A DNA stretch of 64,000 nt, from NCBI GenBank assembly GCA_965204375.1, contig OZ241986.1, positions 3,008,001-3,072,000 of the forward strand, read 5' to 3'. The position numbers and the translations under genes are program-made. Origin of the DNA: Candidatus Latescibacterota bacterium. Its GTDB lineage: Bacteria; Latescibacterota; UBA2968. The notes beneath the pieces are model-generated. The model did not search any database. It had not been told where the DNA came from and saw only the letters and a program-made list of their open reading frames with translations. Numbering within the stretch: the first letter of the stretch is position 1; each line of letters opens with the position of its first letter. Of this stretch, positions 1-9,949 are shown in pieces.

Positions 1-1
1 C

Positions 2-352
2 GCCGTGCTCTTGCCCGTAGGCGGCGCATTTCACTCGGCCTTGATGCAACCAGCCGTAACAGCACTGACCGACATACTCGACAATGTGCCATTTGTGCGG
101 GCGCAAATTCCCGTGATCCCCAATGTCACAGCTGAACCCACCTGCGATCCAGACCTGCTCAAAGACCTGCTGATCGAACAAGTTATTTCGCCTGTTCGCT
201 GGACCGAATCCATGCAACGGCTCATAGCACAAGGCATGACCGAAGCCCTCGAAGTGGGGCCAGGCAATGTGCTCAAGAGCCTCCTGCGCCGAATTGACCG
301 AAATATTCCAGTCCACGAAGCTGGCACATTGGAAGCTATTGGACAACTTTAG
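2..352 (+). CDS. fabD: Malonyl-CoA-ACP transacylase, C-terminal part (5' end outside window)
   Basis: LPVGGAFHSALM, QVISPVRW and EVGPGNVL motifs; directly upstream of fabG. Confidence 0.95.
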   Translation, partial: AVLLPVGGAFHSALMQPAVTALTDILDNVPFVRAQIPVIPNVTAEPTCDPDLLKDLLIEQVISPVRWTESMQRLIAQGMTEALEVGPGNVLKSLLRRIDRNIPVHEAGTLEAIGQL

Positions 353-379
353 AGTGTTTAACCGACAGGTAACTATCTC

Positions 380-1126
380 ATGAACCGACTCACAGGTAAA
401 ACAGCCCTTGTAACGGGCGGATCCCGCGGCATTGGCGAGGCCATTGCCCTGCGCCTTGCACGCGAAGGGGCCAACATCGCCGTATGTGCCAGCCAAAGCA
501 CAGAAGCTGCAGAAGCAGTGGCCGAAAAAATCCGCGCACAAGGCCGTGAAGCCCTTGTACAACAGGCCGATGTCTCCAATGCCGAATCTGTTGAAGCCCT
601 TGTAGAGACCGTCCTCGACACCTGGGGCAAAATCGATGTGCTCGTCAACAATGCGGGTATCGCCCGCGACAATTTGTTGATGCGTATGAAAGAAGACGAG
701 TGGGATGCAGTTCTTGACGTCAATCTCAAAGGTGCGTACCATTGTATCAAAGCCGTCACCCGTCCCATGATGAGAGCGCGAACCGGTCGCATCATCAATG
801 TCTCATCGGTCGTAGGGCTCATGGGCAATGCAGGGCAGATCAATTACGCCGCATCCAAATCGGGTCTTATTGGCCTGACCAAATCCGTAGCCAGGGAATT
901 GGCCAGCCGCAATATTACGGCCAACGCCATTGCGCCCGGTTTTATTCCAACGGACATGACCGCCAAACTCAACGACAAAATACAAGAACAGTTGATCGCC
1001 CAGATTCCACTGGGCAAACTCGGCAGTCCCGAAGATGTCGCCGCTGCCGCAGTCTTTCTCGCTTCTGACGACGCGGCCTATATTACCGGACAGGTTCTCG
1101 TTGTCGATGGCGGAATGGTGATGTAA
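380..1126 (+). CDS. fabG: 3-oxoacyl-ACP reductase
   Basis: TGGSRGIG, NNAGI and YAASK SDR motifs; fab operon context. Confidence 0.97.
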   Translation: MNRLTGKTALVTGGSRGIGEAIALRLAREGANIAVCASQSTEAAEAVAEKIRAQGREALVQQADVSNAESVEALVETVLDTWGKIDVLVNNAGIARDNLLMRMKEDEWDAVLDVNLKGAYHCIKAVTRPMMRARTGRIINVSSVVGLMGNAGQINYAASKSGLIGLTKSVARELASRNITANAIAPGFIPTDMTAKLNDKIQEQLIAQIPLGKLGSPEDVAAAAVFLASDDAAYITGQVLVVDGGMVM

Positions 1127-1160
1127 ATAATCACTACACACTAATCACGGAGGGCTTCAC

Positions 1161-1400
1161 ATGACCGATGATATTCAACAAAAAGTTACTGACCTGATCG
1201 TTGACCAACTCGGCGTCGATGCCGATAGCGTCAATGCCGACGCCCATTTTATTGACGATCTGGGCGCAGACTCGCTCGACACAGTCGAACTGGTCATGGC
1301 TTTCGAAGAAGAATTTGACATGGAAATTTCCGATGAAGACGCCGAGAAGCTCGAAACAGTTGGCGATGCCATCGCATACTTAGACGAGCATCTGGATTAA
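1161..1400 (+). CDS. acpP: Acyl carrier protein
   Basis: [14 protein letters not shown] phosphopantetheine motif; GGAGG RBS. Confidence 0.98.
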   Translation: MTDDIQQKVTDLIVDQLGVDADSVNADAHFIDDLGADSLDTVELVMAFEEEFDMEISDEDAEKLETVGDAIAYLDEHLD

Positions 1401-1449
1401 CTCGGAAACTGGAGGCTGGAGATTGGTCCAGTCTCCAGGAGGTCATTTA

Positions 1450-2700
1450 GTGAACAGACAACGCAGAGTGGTCATCACTGGCATGGGCGCACTTGCCCCC
1501 AATGGCAATACCACGAAAAGCTATTGGGAAGCACTGTGCAATGGACAAACAGGTGTTGGCCCCATAACAAAATTTGACGCCACTGATTTCCGCGTGCAGT
1601 TTGCCGCCGAAATCAAAAACTTTGATCCAGCGCACTTTGGCATTGACCGTCGAAGCCAGCGTCGCATAGATCTTTTCGCGCAATACGCCATTGCAGCATC
1701 TGTTCAGGCCGTAGAAAATGCAGGTCTCGATATCAGTAATGAACAGGCAGAACGCATCGGGGTTGTATTTGGCTCGGGCATAGGTGGCATAAAGACGCAT
1801 GAAGACCAGCACGATGCCTACCGCAATGGTGGTCCAAGACGCATCAGTCCACTTTATGTGCCCATGATGATCCCCGATATGTCCGCAGGTCAAGTATCCA
1901 TTTATCTCGGTGCCAAAGGCCCCAACTATACCACCGTCACGGCTTGCGCTTCGGCAGCCCATGCCATTGGCAATGCAGCCCGCGAAATTTGGGACGACGA
2001 AGCCGATATCATGATCACAGGGGGGGCAGAAGCCGCCATTACCCCAATGTCAGTCGGTGGATTTGCCGCGGCACGCGCGCTTTCAACCCGCAACGACGAT
2101 CCCGCGCGAGCCAGTCGCCCCTTTGACGCAGATCGCGATGGGTTTGTAATTGGAGAAGGTGCCGGCGGGCTTGTTTTGGAAGAACTCGAACGCGCAACAC
2201 AACGGGGCGCCACGATCTACGCCGAAGTGGTAGGTTTGGGTTATACCGGAGATGCCTATCACATCACCGATATGGCACCTGGCGGCGAAGGAGGTGCCCG
2301 CGCCTTACGCCGCGCCCTGCGACAGGCGCAGATCAATCCGGAAGACGTGTCTTATATCAACGCACACGGCACATCAACACCCGTGGGCGACCCGCAGGAA
2401 ACAGCCGCCATCAAATCCGCATTTGGCGACCATGCAAAAAAACTCGCCATCAGTTCGACAAAATCCATGACCGGACATCTTTTGGGAGCTTCGGGTGCGA
2501 TTGAAACCATCGCAGCAACGCTATCAGTTCACCACAATGTGGTACCGCCCACGATCAACTATGAAACATCCGACCCAGAATGCGACCTCGATTACGTGCC
2601 CAATGAAGCGCGAGAAATACCCGTTGAAATCGCCATTAGCAACTCCTTTGGCTTCGGGGGTCACAACGCAGTACTCATCCTGCGCAAGTTTCGCAACTAA
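1450..2700 (+). CDS. fabF: 3-oxoacyl-ACP synthase II
   Basis: RRVVITGMG, TACASAAHAIG, NAHGTST, GHLLGA, SNSFGFGGHN; start placed at GTG 1450 behind AGGAGG. Confidence 0.96.
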   Translation: MNRQRRVVITGMGALAPNGNTTKSYWEALCNGQTGVGPITKFDATDFRVQFAAEIKNFDPAHFGIDRRSQRRIDLFAQYAIAASVQAVENAGLDISNEQAERIGVVFGSGIGGIKTHEDQHDAYRNGGPRRISPLYVPMMIPDMSAGQVSIYLGAKGPNYTTVTACASAAHAIGNAAREIWDDEADIMITGGAEAAITPMSVGGFAAARALSTRNDDPARASRPFDADRDGFVIGEGAGGLVLEELERATQRGATIYAEVVGLGYTGDAYHITDMAPGGEGGARALRRALRQAQINPEDVSYINAHGTSTPVGDPQETAAIKSAFGDHAKKLAISSTKSMTGHLLGASGAIETIAATLSVHHNVVPPTINYETSDPECDLDYVPNEAREIPVEIAISNSFGFGGHNAVLILRKFRN

Positions 2701-2711
2701 CGAGACCATGC

Positions 2712-3488
2712 ATGCTACGTGAATTGAAAGGGGGCGGTTTTATCCGACTCGGAACCGTCTTACAAACGATCAGACGTTGGTCCGCAGGTAGCAGAGTGCG
2801 TTCCCAGGAAGAACTCCAACGCAAACTCAGTTACACCTTTTCCAATACCGCTTTACTCGAACAAGCCCTTAAACACCGGTCCCATGTTTACGTCACTCAA
2901 GAAGGCAGCATTGCTTCCAACGAACGCCTGGAATTTTTGGGCGACGCAGTGCTCGATCTCATTGTGACAGAACATCTCTACAATCGATTTAAAAAGAAAA
3001 GAGAAGGCGAACTCACACAGATCAAGTCTCTGCTCGTCAGCAAGGTCGTCCTGGCCGAAAAAGGCCGAAAAATCCAACTCGGAGAATATCTCTATTTGAG
3101 CAAAGAAGAAATCTCATCTGGTGGACGCCAACGCACCTCAATTATCGGCGATGCTTTTGAAGCACTCTTAGGTGCGATTTACCTCGATGGTGGGCTTGAA
3201 GCTGCCCGCTCATTTGTCGAACGCACAATTCTAACCAATGTTGAAGAAATCCTCGCCGACGGCAACTATCTCAACTTCAAAAGCCTGCTTCTCGAACACA
3301 CGCAAAGTACGGGACAGGGCCATCCACGATATCAGCCCATATCCGAAGAAGGCCCAGATCACCGAAAAATTTTCTTTATTGAAGTAACCCTTCAGGGCGA
3401 TCGATTGGGCGAAGGACAAGGGCGCAGTAAAAAAGAAGCCCAACAGATGGCCGCAAAAGACGCGCTCAGACATCTGGGCCTGCACTAA
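2712..3488 (+). CDS. rnc: Ribonuclease III
   Basis: NERLEFLGDAVL signature, DAFEALLGAIYLDGG, C-terminal dsRBD; start uncertain. Confidence 0.95.
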   Translation: MLRELKGGGFIRLGTVLQTIRRWSAGSRVRSQEELQRKLSYTFSNTALLEQALKHRSHVYVTQEGSIASNERLEFLGDAVLDLIVTEHLYNRFKKKREGELTQIKSLLVSKVVLAEKGRKIQLGEYLYLSKEEISSGGRQRTSIIGDAFEALLGAIYLDGGLEAARSFVERTILTNVEEILADGNYLNFKSLLLEHTQSTGQGHPRYQPISEEGPDHRKIFFIEVTLQGDRLGEGQGRSKKEAQQMAAKDALRHLGLH

Positions 3489-3490
3489 CC

Positions 3491-4330
3491 GTGACACAAT
3501 GCGATCCCCCCAAATGGCGTTTCCTGAATACCCAACATGGAAACGCCTTTTTTAATATGGCAGTAGATGAAGCCCTCGTGCGCTCGATAGCAACAGGTGC
3601 TCGGCCCGCATTTCGCGTTTACGGGTGGCAACCGCCCGCGGTCTCCTTTGGGTATGCACAGCGCATCAGCCGCGAAGTCGATGCCCAAAAAGTTCGCGAG
3701 CGCGGTATCGACATTGTCCGTCGTCCCACCGGTGGCCGCGCTGTCTTGCACTGGAACGAACTGACCTACAGCGTTGTCTGCCCTGCCGACAATCCCGTGA
3801 TGGGGGGCAATATCAACGAAGCCTATCGCAAAATCAGCGAAGGCCTCCTATCGGGTATCCGCGCTATCGGCGTTGATGCGACCTTTGAATCCCGTCGCCA
3901 AACACAGCCTTCACCGCGCGGCAAAGAACTCACTGCGCCCTGTTTTACCAGTACGGCGCAATACGAAGTCACATTCAAGGGACGCAAACTCATCGGCAGC
4001 GCGCAACAGCGCATCGGCACAATGCTCTTACAGCACGGATCACTCCTGCTCGGCGCAGAGCACAAACAAATCGCCGATCTTCTGCCCGGCGACAAACCAA
4101 GCCTGCAAAAGCGTTTTGCACGCGAACTCGACCGCCACACCACCTCGCTCTCTGAAGCCCTCGCATACCCCATCAATTTCGACACGGCGGCCACAGCCAT
4201 CCGGCAAGGCATTCAAAATACCTTTAACATCCAACTTGTTGAAGCCTCACTCAGCGAAACAGAAATCGCCGAAACCCAACGCCTTATCGCCGAGAAATAC
4301 GCAACCTATGAATGGAATGACAAGTATTGA
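3491..4330 (+). CDS. Lipoate-protein ligase A / octanoyltransferase LipM family
   Basis: NMAVDEAL, RRPTGGRAVLH and KLIGSAQ motifs. Confidence 0.9.
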   Translation: MTQCDPPKWRFLNTQHGNAFFNMAVDEALVRSIATGARPAFRVYGWQPPAVSFGYAQRISREVDAQKVRERGIDIVRRPTGGRAVLHWNELTYSVVCPADNPVMGGNINEAYRKISEGLLSGIRAIGVDATFESRRQTQPSPRGKELTAPCFTSTAQYEVTFKGRKLIGSAQQRIGTMLLQHGSLLLGAEHKQIADLLPGDKPSLQKRFARELDRHTTSLSEALAYPINFDTAATAIRQGIQNTFNIQLVEASLSETEIAETQRLIAEKYATYEWNDKY

Positions 4331-4739
4331 TTCTTCAAAGACCTGGACCTCGCATCCCCTGCGCGACGAGCCTTTGGCAAAATCTGTTTTACTCGTACTC
4401 ATCATCCTGGGCGTCGCGTTTATTGTCGGCATGAGCTTTCAGAGCATCTCTTTCGCCTTTCTTTCACTCGCATTGCTCACCGCGACGATGACCCGCTATT
4501 TTTTCACAACGCGCTATGTTATCGACGCTCACGGTTTTACCATTTCACATATCGGCACACGCAGGCAATATTTATGGACAAATTTTCGCCGCGCCACACG
4601 CCATCCCGACGGCATCTTCTTAAGTCCTTTTGCCAAACCGCATCGCCTCGACACATTTCGCGGTCAATTCCTGCGCTCGAAAAACCCCGCTGAGATCTAC
4701 CATGTCGTCCAAAAACACATCGCTATTGACCCGGCTTAA
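4308..4739 (+). CDS. Hypothetical membrane protein (2 TM plus a small soluble, possibly PH-like domain)
   Basis: Two hydrophobic helices; overlaps both neighbours as in an operon; start moved from 3873 to ATG 4308 (4317 is an alternative). Confidence 0.7.
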   Translation: MNGMTSIDSSKTWTSHPLRDEPLAKSVLLVLIILGVAFIVGMSFQSISFAFLSLALLTATMTRYFFTTRYVIDAHGFTISHIGTRRQYLWTNFRRATRHPDGIFLSPFAKPHRLDTFRGQFLRSKNPAEIYHVVQKHIAIDPA

Positions 4740-5055
4740 GAATTACTGCGCCCATGCCTTTGCCGTCTCCCCCCCCGAAAGTGCCATCACCGAAGAAGAC
4801 GAAATCCTCGCCGAAAAAGCCGCCGCCTTCATCGTAAGGCGCCGACTCACAGCACCCGCCATTATGTTACTTGAAACCGGGCGACCCTTTAACTATATTG
4901 GCAGCCAACTTTTGACTTTTTTGTCGCCCTTCGTATCTATCATCTTTTCCTCAACAGCTGAGTTTGATCGCTTCACGCGCTTTCTGGAAAAACGGGAAAG
5001 CATTCCCTGCCTCATTCGCCATATTGAAACCCTGGAAAACAAAAACCATGGATAA
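4702..5055 (+). CDS. Hypothetical protein
   Basis: ATG 4702; overlaps the downstream gene; protein-like segment APAIMLLETGRPFNYIGSQ. Confidence 0.7.
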   Translation: MSSKNTSLLTRLKNYCAHAFAVSPPESAITEEDEILAEKAAAFIVRRRLTAPAIMLLETGRPFNYIGSQLLTFLSPFVSIIFSSTAEFDRFTRFLEKRESIPCLIRHIETLENKNHG

Positions 5056-6835
5056 GCTCGACGTCATCATCGCTACCGATTGCGGCAGCACCACGACCAA
5101 AGCCATCTTGATAGAAAAAAAGGGCGATATCTATCGCCAGACCTATCGGGGCGAAGCACCTACCACAGTTGAAGCCCCCTATGAAGACGTCACGCGCGGC
5201 GTGCTCAACGCCATTCAAGAAGTCGAAGAACTCTCTAACAGGCAAATTCTCGACGGCGAAACCATCATCACACCCGCAGAAGATCATCGCGGAGTTGATA
5301 TCTACATTTCCACCAGCAGCGCGGGCGGCGGCCTGCAAATGATGGTCGGCGGCGTCATTCAGGCCATGACCGGCGAAAGCGCGCAGCGTTGCGCCCTCGG
5401 CGCAGGTGCAATTGTCATGGACATTCTCGCGTCCAACGACGGGCGGCAACCCCACGAAAAAATCGAACGCATTCGCCAGTTGCGTCCCGATATGGTACTC
5501 CTTTCGGGCGGCACAGATGGCGGCACCATTTCGCACGTTGTCGAACTGGCCGAATTTATCTCCGCAGCCGACCCCAAACCGCGATTTGGATCGGGATATC
5601 AACTGCCCGTCATCTACGCAGGAAACAAAGATGCCGCACAGGAAATCGAACGCACTCTGGGCGACAAAACAGCCCTCACCATCACGGAAAACATCCGCCC
5701 CACGCTCGAAGAAGAAAACCTCGGACCTGCTCGTCATGTGATCCACGACCTCTTTCTCGAACACGTCATGGCGCAAGCACCGGGCTATCGAAAACTCATC
5801 TCCTGGACAGGCGCACCCATCATGCCCACACCCGGCGCAGTTGGCCTGATGATGCAAACCGTATCCAAACAACAAAATATCAATGTCGTGGGCGTTGACA
5901 TAGGTGGCGCCACCACCGACGTATTCAGCGTCTTTGACGATATCTTCAACCGCACGGTATCTGCCAATCTCGGCATGTCCTACAGCGTATCCAACGTACT
6001 CGCCGAAGCGGGCCTCGACGACGTCATGCGCTGGGTACCTTTCAAAATCGACGAAGCCGACCTGCGAGACCGCATCAAAAACAAAATGATCCGCCCCACC
6101 ACAATTCCGCACATGCTCGAAGAACTTCAGGTCGAACAGGCCATTGCCCGCGAAGCCCTGCGCCTGGCCTTTGTCCAGCACCGCGCACTCGCCGTGGGTC
6201 TCAAAGGCGTACAGGCCGAGCGCACCCTATCCGATGTATTTGACCAATCCGCAGGTGGCGAAAGCCTCATCAAAATGCGCGACCTCGATCTCCTCGTCGG
6301 AAGCGGCGGTGTTCTATCTCACGCCCCGCGTCGAATGCAAACAGCCGCCATGCTCATCGACGCCTTCCAGCCCGAAGGCATCACGCGCCTCGCCGTTGAC
6401 AGCATCTTTATGATGCCACACCTCGGCGTACTTTCATCGGTCAATGAAATCGCCGCTACGCAAGTTTTTGAACGCGACTGCCTCATTTACCTCGGCACGT
6501 GTATCGCACCCATCGCCCAGGGCAAAATAGGCGCGCCCTGTGCACAATACGAAATCGGCCTTCCCGACGGAGCCCAATCCGGCACCCTGAATATTGGCGA
6601 CCTTCTGCACTTCCCCCTCGAAGCAGGTCAGGAAGCACACCTCACCTTACAACCCGAGCGCAACACAGACGCAGGTGCCGGGCCGGGCCGAGAACTGAAC
6701 ACCACCGTCAAAGGGGGCACCGCCGGGCTGATCCTCGACGGACGCGGTCGCCCCATTGTATTTGCCGAAAATCAATCCGAACGCGCCGATCAAATAAGCC
6801 AGTGGAGCGAAACCCTCGACCTCTACCCCCGATAA
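5048..6835 (+). CDS. Glutamate mutase L (GlmL/MutL)-family actin-like ATPase
   Basis: Two ASKHA phosphate motifs DCGSTTTK and VDIGGATTDV, plus SSAGGGL and LLSGGTDGG typical of the GlmL/MutL family; start ATG 5048. Confidence 0.85.
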   Translation: MDKLDVIIATDCGSTTTKAILIEKKGDIYRQTYRGEAPTTVEAPYEDVTRGVLNAIQEVEELSNRQILDGETIITPAEDHRGVDIYISTSSAGGGLQMMVGGVIQAMTGESAQRCALGAGAIVMDILASNDGRQPHEKIERIRQLRPDMVLLSGGTDGGTISHVVELAEFISAADPKPRFGSGYQLPVIYAGNKDAAQEIERTLGDKTALTITENIRPTLEEENLGPARHVIHDLFLEHVMAQAPGYRKLISWTGAPIMPTPGAVGLMMQTVSKQQNINVVGVDIGGATTDVFSVFDDIFNRTVSANLGMSYSVSNVLAEAGLDDVMRWVPFKIDEADLRDRIKNKMIRPTTIPHMLEELQVEQAIAREALRLAFVQHRALAVGLKGVQAERTLSDVFDQSAGGESLIKMRDLDLLVGSGGVLSHAPRRMQTAAMLIDAFQPEGITRLAVDSIFMMPHLGVLSSVNEIAATQVFERDCLIYLGTCIAPIAQGKIGAPCAQYEIGLPDGAQSGTLNIGDLLHFPLEAGQEAHLTLQPERNTDAGAGPGRELNTTVKGGTAGLILDGRGRPIVFAENQSERADQISQWSETLDLYPR

Positions 6836-6870
6836 GAGAAAGAACAAGGCTATGATTTAATTTATTTTTC

Positions 6871-6898
6871 TTGTAAAGTACCCCTCGCATTGTATATT
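6871..6898 (+). promoter_or_regulatory. Putative sigma70 promoter
   Basis: TTGTAA-16-TATATT preceded by an AT-rich tract, 30 bp before ATG 6928. Confidence 0.4.
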
Positions 6899-6927
6899 CC
6901 GTTATCCGTAACCTCAGGTATTACTCT

Positions 6928-8046
6928 ATGGCACACGCATACACACCCGGTCTTCGCGTCACCCCGCAGACCCTTCTGCAACGCCAGCGCCAACTCCCCC
7001 TCAAAGGTGAAGTCGTCGTATCACAAGGCGATAGCGTGACGCGCGATCAGGTCGTTGCCCACACGCACCTGCCCGGCAACGTCACCACCCTCAATCTGGT
7101 CAATATCCTGAGTTGTACGCCAGAAGAATTGCCCAATTACATGCTCAAACGCGAAGGCGACCCCGTCGAAGCCGACGAACCCATTGCCGAAACCCGCCCC
7201 TTCATCAAATGGTTCAAAACCACCGTTAAAGCACCCATTAGTGGCACCCTTGAAAGCATCTCTAAAATTACCGGACAGGTCATTTTTCGCGCGCCGCCCC
7301 GCCCCGTTCAGGTACAGGCATACATCGATGGCAATGTGATAGAAATTCTGCCCGAAGAAGGCGTCGTTATCGAAACCACAGGTGCATTTGTGCAGGGCAT
7401 ATTTGGCGTAGGCGGTGAAACCTGGGGACCTCTGCGCGTCATCTCCGAAGAGCCAGACCAAGTTCTAACCCCCGACCAAATCGACGACTCGTGCGCGGGA
7501 AAAATCGTCGTAGGCGGCAATCTGCTTACCCTCGACGTAATTGACAAAGCGCGGGAAAGCGGTGCCGTGGGCATCATTGGAGGCGGCATCCGAGACGCCG
7601 ATTTGCGCGACCTGCTCGGTTACGACCTCGGCGTAGCCATCACCGGCACCGAGAATATCGGCCTCACCGTTATTGTCACCGAAGGCTTTGGCCCCATCGC
7701 AATGGCGCGCAAAACCTTTGGCATACTGAGCGAAAACAATGGCAAAGAAGCCTCTATCTCGGGTGCCACGCAGATCCGCGCTGGCGTTTTGCGTCCCGAA
7801 ATCATCATTCCAGAATCCACCATCCACGAGCAAGCCGACGAATCCGATAATCCGGGCCTCATCAAAGGGGCACTCCTGCGCGTAATTCGCGCACCCTATT
7901 TTGGCCAGGTGGGCAAAGTCACGGCACTGCCACCCGAATTGCAAACAGTCGAATCCGAAACCCATGTGCGCGTACTCGAAGTAGAATTTGACAATGGCAA
8001 CCGCGCCATTGTCCCGCGCGCCAACGTCGAACTCATCGAAGAGTAA
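6928..8046 (+). CDS. Hypothetical protein with barrel-sandwich-hybrid (lipoyl/biotinyl-like) repeats and a KOW-like C-terminus
   Basis: GEVVVSQGDSV, KREGDPVEADEPIAE and VKAPISGTL segments; VIRAPYFGQVGKV. Confidence 0.8.
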   Translation: MAHAYTPGLRVTPQTLLQRQRQLPLKGEVVVSQGDSVTRDQVVAHTHLPGNVTTLNLVNILSCTPEELPNYMLKREGDPVEADEPIAETRPFIKWFKTTVKAPISGTLESISKITGQVIFRAPPRPVQVQAYIDGNVIEILPEEGVVIETTGAFVQGIFGVGGETWGPLRVISEEPDQVLTPDQIDDSCAGKIVVGGNLLTLDVIDKARESGAVGIIGGGIRDADLRDLLGYDLGVAITGTENIGLTVIVTEGFGPIAMARKTFGILSENNGKEASISGATQIRAGVLRPEIIIPESTIHEQADESDNPGLIKGALLRVIRAPYFGQVGKVTALPPELQTVESETHVRVLEVEFDNGNRAIVPRANVELIEE

Positions 8047-8069
8047 ACGACTCCATCGGGAGATTGCGT

Positions 8070-9275
8070 ATGAGATATTTTTTGTGTTGCATCACACTCG
8101 TGCTTTTTACAGCACAGTTGCATGCACAACAACCCACAGGTGTCAAAGCCGAAGACACCCCCAACGACTCGGGCGGCAGCATCACCGTTGTGTGGAACCG
8201 CGCAGAACTCCCCAACGGGGCAATGTACAAAATTGTAGTCAGCGAATCGGAAACCGGTCCTTTTCACCCCGCAGCCAATATCGACCCATCGGACAATCTG
8301 CAATCCACTGATCCCGGCACTTTTGGACACGGTGTAGAAACATTCCACAAGTTCTTTGCCAGAATCTCCAAATATGTTGATCCCGCCGACTCATCTAAAA
8401 GCATCGCCATAGAAAATGGCAAAACCTATTACGTGCAGGTCATCGCCCAACTCCCTGATGATGAAGTGTTTCCCTCGGCAATCGCAAGTGCAGAGGCTTA
8501 TGAAAATTTCTTTAACACTCTTAAAACCAACAACTTCATTCTCGGCACGATCTTCTCCCTCATCATTTTGATCAGCATTTTCCTCGCCCAAAAACGCGAA
8601 CTCTTCATCCGGCGCATCGCCGGCCTCGAAGCCCTCGACGAAGCCCTCGGCCGCGCCACGGAAATGGGCAAACCCGTGCTCTTTGCACACGGTTTGACGT
8701 CTATGGGCACTGTTTCCACCATTGCAGCAGTCAATGTGCTTTCCCGTGTGGCCAATCGCACTGCCGAATTTAATACCGAATTGCGCGTAGCCAACAACGA
8801 CCCGGTCGTCATGGCCGTGAGTCAGGAAGTCGTCAAAGAATCCTATCTCAACGCAGGTCGTCCCGATGCCTATTCAGAAGACTCAGTCTTTATGGTCGCC
8901 ACCGAACAATTCAGCTATGCCGCAGCCCTCGACGGCATGATGGTGCGCGATAGACCTGCCACCAACATCATGATGGGCTACTTCTTTGCCGAATCTCTGC
9001 TTTTAGCAGAAACCGGCGCATCCATAGGTGCGATTCAAATTGCGGGTACTGACTCCTACACCCAACTGCCCTTTTTCATCACCACCTGCGACTATACGCT
9101 CATGGGCGAAGAACTCTATGCGGCGAGTGCGTATCTCTCCCGCGAACCCAAACTGCTGGGCAGCCTTAAAGGGCAGGACATCGGCAAAGCAGTACTCTTG
9201 ATCGTTATGATTTTGGGCACACTTCTGGCAACCCTCGGAAATCAAACACTCACGCATATTTTCACCGCATATTAG
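8070..9275 (+). CDS. Membrane-anchored protein: FN3-like periplasmic domain plus DUF6754-like domain
   Basis: Signal peptide; AEDTPNDSGGSITVVW...GKTYYVQV; TM; IRRIAGLEALDEALGRATEMGKP; GEELYAASAYLS. Confidence 0.8.
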   Translation: MRYFLCCITLVLFTAQLHAQQPTGVKAEDTPNDSGGSITVVWNRAELPNGAMYKIVVSESETGPFHPAANIDPSDNLQSTDPGTFGHGVETFHKFFARISKYVDPADSSKSIAIENGKTYYVQVIAQLPDDEVFPSAIASAEAYENFFNTLKTNNFILGTIFSLIILISIFLAQKRELFIRRIAGLEALDEALGRATEMGKPVLFAHGLTSMGTVSTIAAVNVLSRVANRTAEFNTELRVANNDPVVMAVSQEVVKESYLNAGRPDAYSEDSVFMVATEQFSYAAALDGMMVRDRPATNIMMGYFFAESLLLAETGASIGAIQIAGTDSYTQLPFFITTCDYTLMGEELYAASAYLSREPKLLGSLKGQDIGKAVLLIVMILGTLLATLGNQTLTHIFTAY

Positions 9276-9289
9276 CAGGGGACTCTTTC

Positions 9290-9949
9290 ATGCTTTTTTT
9301 ACGACGCACACTCCCGCTGATCATCGCCTTTGCAGTGGGCCTGATTGGCATTCTCGTTTTCTATATTCCACACAGCAGTGCCCAATATCTCGAGTATGAA
9401 TTGACAAAATGGGATCGCATTGTCGCTGCTTTTGCTCTGGCATTGGGCATCTATAGCCTGATGCGCTTGCATTGGGGCCGTGTTCGGCGGCAGCAAGCCG
9501 GGTGGGCATATAGCTTTCTCGTTTTCGTCGGTTTCACGGTCATGTCTATTTTTGCCATTTACAACGATGGACACGGTCCTTTCAACCCCCAGGTCGCTGA
9601 ATCAGGGCCATTTGTATGGATGTTTAATAATGTGCAGGTACCAGCCGATGCCACCATGTTTTCCATACTCGCGTTTTTTATCGCATCTGCAGCCTATCGC
9701 ACTTTTCGCGCCCGCACACCCGAAGCAGCAATCCTGCTCGTATCGGCCATCATCGTGATGATCGGTCGTGTGCCTATTGGTGGTCTCATATCCGATTCTA
9801 TACCAGAACTTTCCCAATGGCTCATGGCCGTGCCCAATCTAGCAGCCAAGCGCGGCATCTTGCTCGGTGTCAGTCTCGGCATAGTCGCCACATCACTACG
9901 CATCATCTTTGGCATCGAACGCTCTTATCTCGGCGGAGGTGAAGAATGA
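9290..9949 (+). CDS. Hypothetical multi-TM membrane protein
   Basis: About 6 hydrophobic helices; ATMFSILAFFIASAAYR motif; operon spacing. Confidence 0.85.
   Translation: MLFLRRTLPLIIAFAVGLIGILVFYIPHSSAQYLEYELTKWDRIVAAFALALGIYSLMRLHWGRVRRQQAGWAYSFLVFVGFTVMSIFAIYNDGHGPFNPQVAESGPFVWMFNNVQVPADATMFSILAFFIASAAYRTFRARTPEAAILLVSAIIVMIGRVPIGGLISDSIPELSQWLMAVPNLAAKRGILLGVSLGIVATSLRIIFGIERSYLGGGEE

Noticed and set aside
3873-4307. N-terminal extension of the 288-aa ORF
   Set aside because: Overlaps the lipoate ligase in another frame; the real gene likely starts at 4308 or 4317
5012-6181. 389-aa antisense ORF
   Set aside because: Shadow of the GlmL-like gene, with no motifs
5048-6835. DNA mismatch-repair MutL or a functional glutamate mutase operon
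   Set aside because: Motifs are ASKHA, not GHKL; no B12-binding or catalytic mutase subunits are in the window
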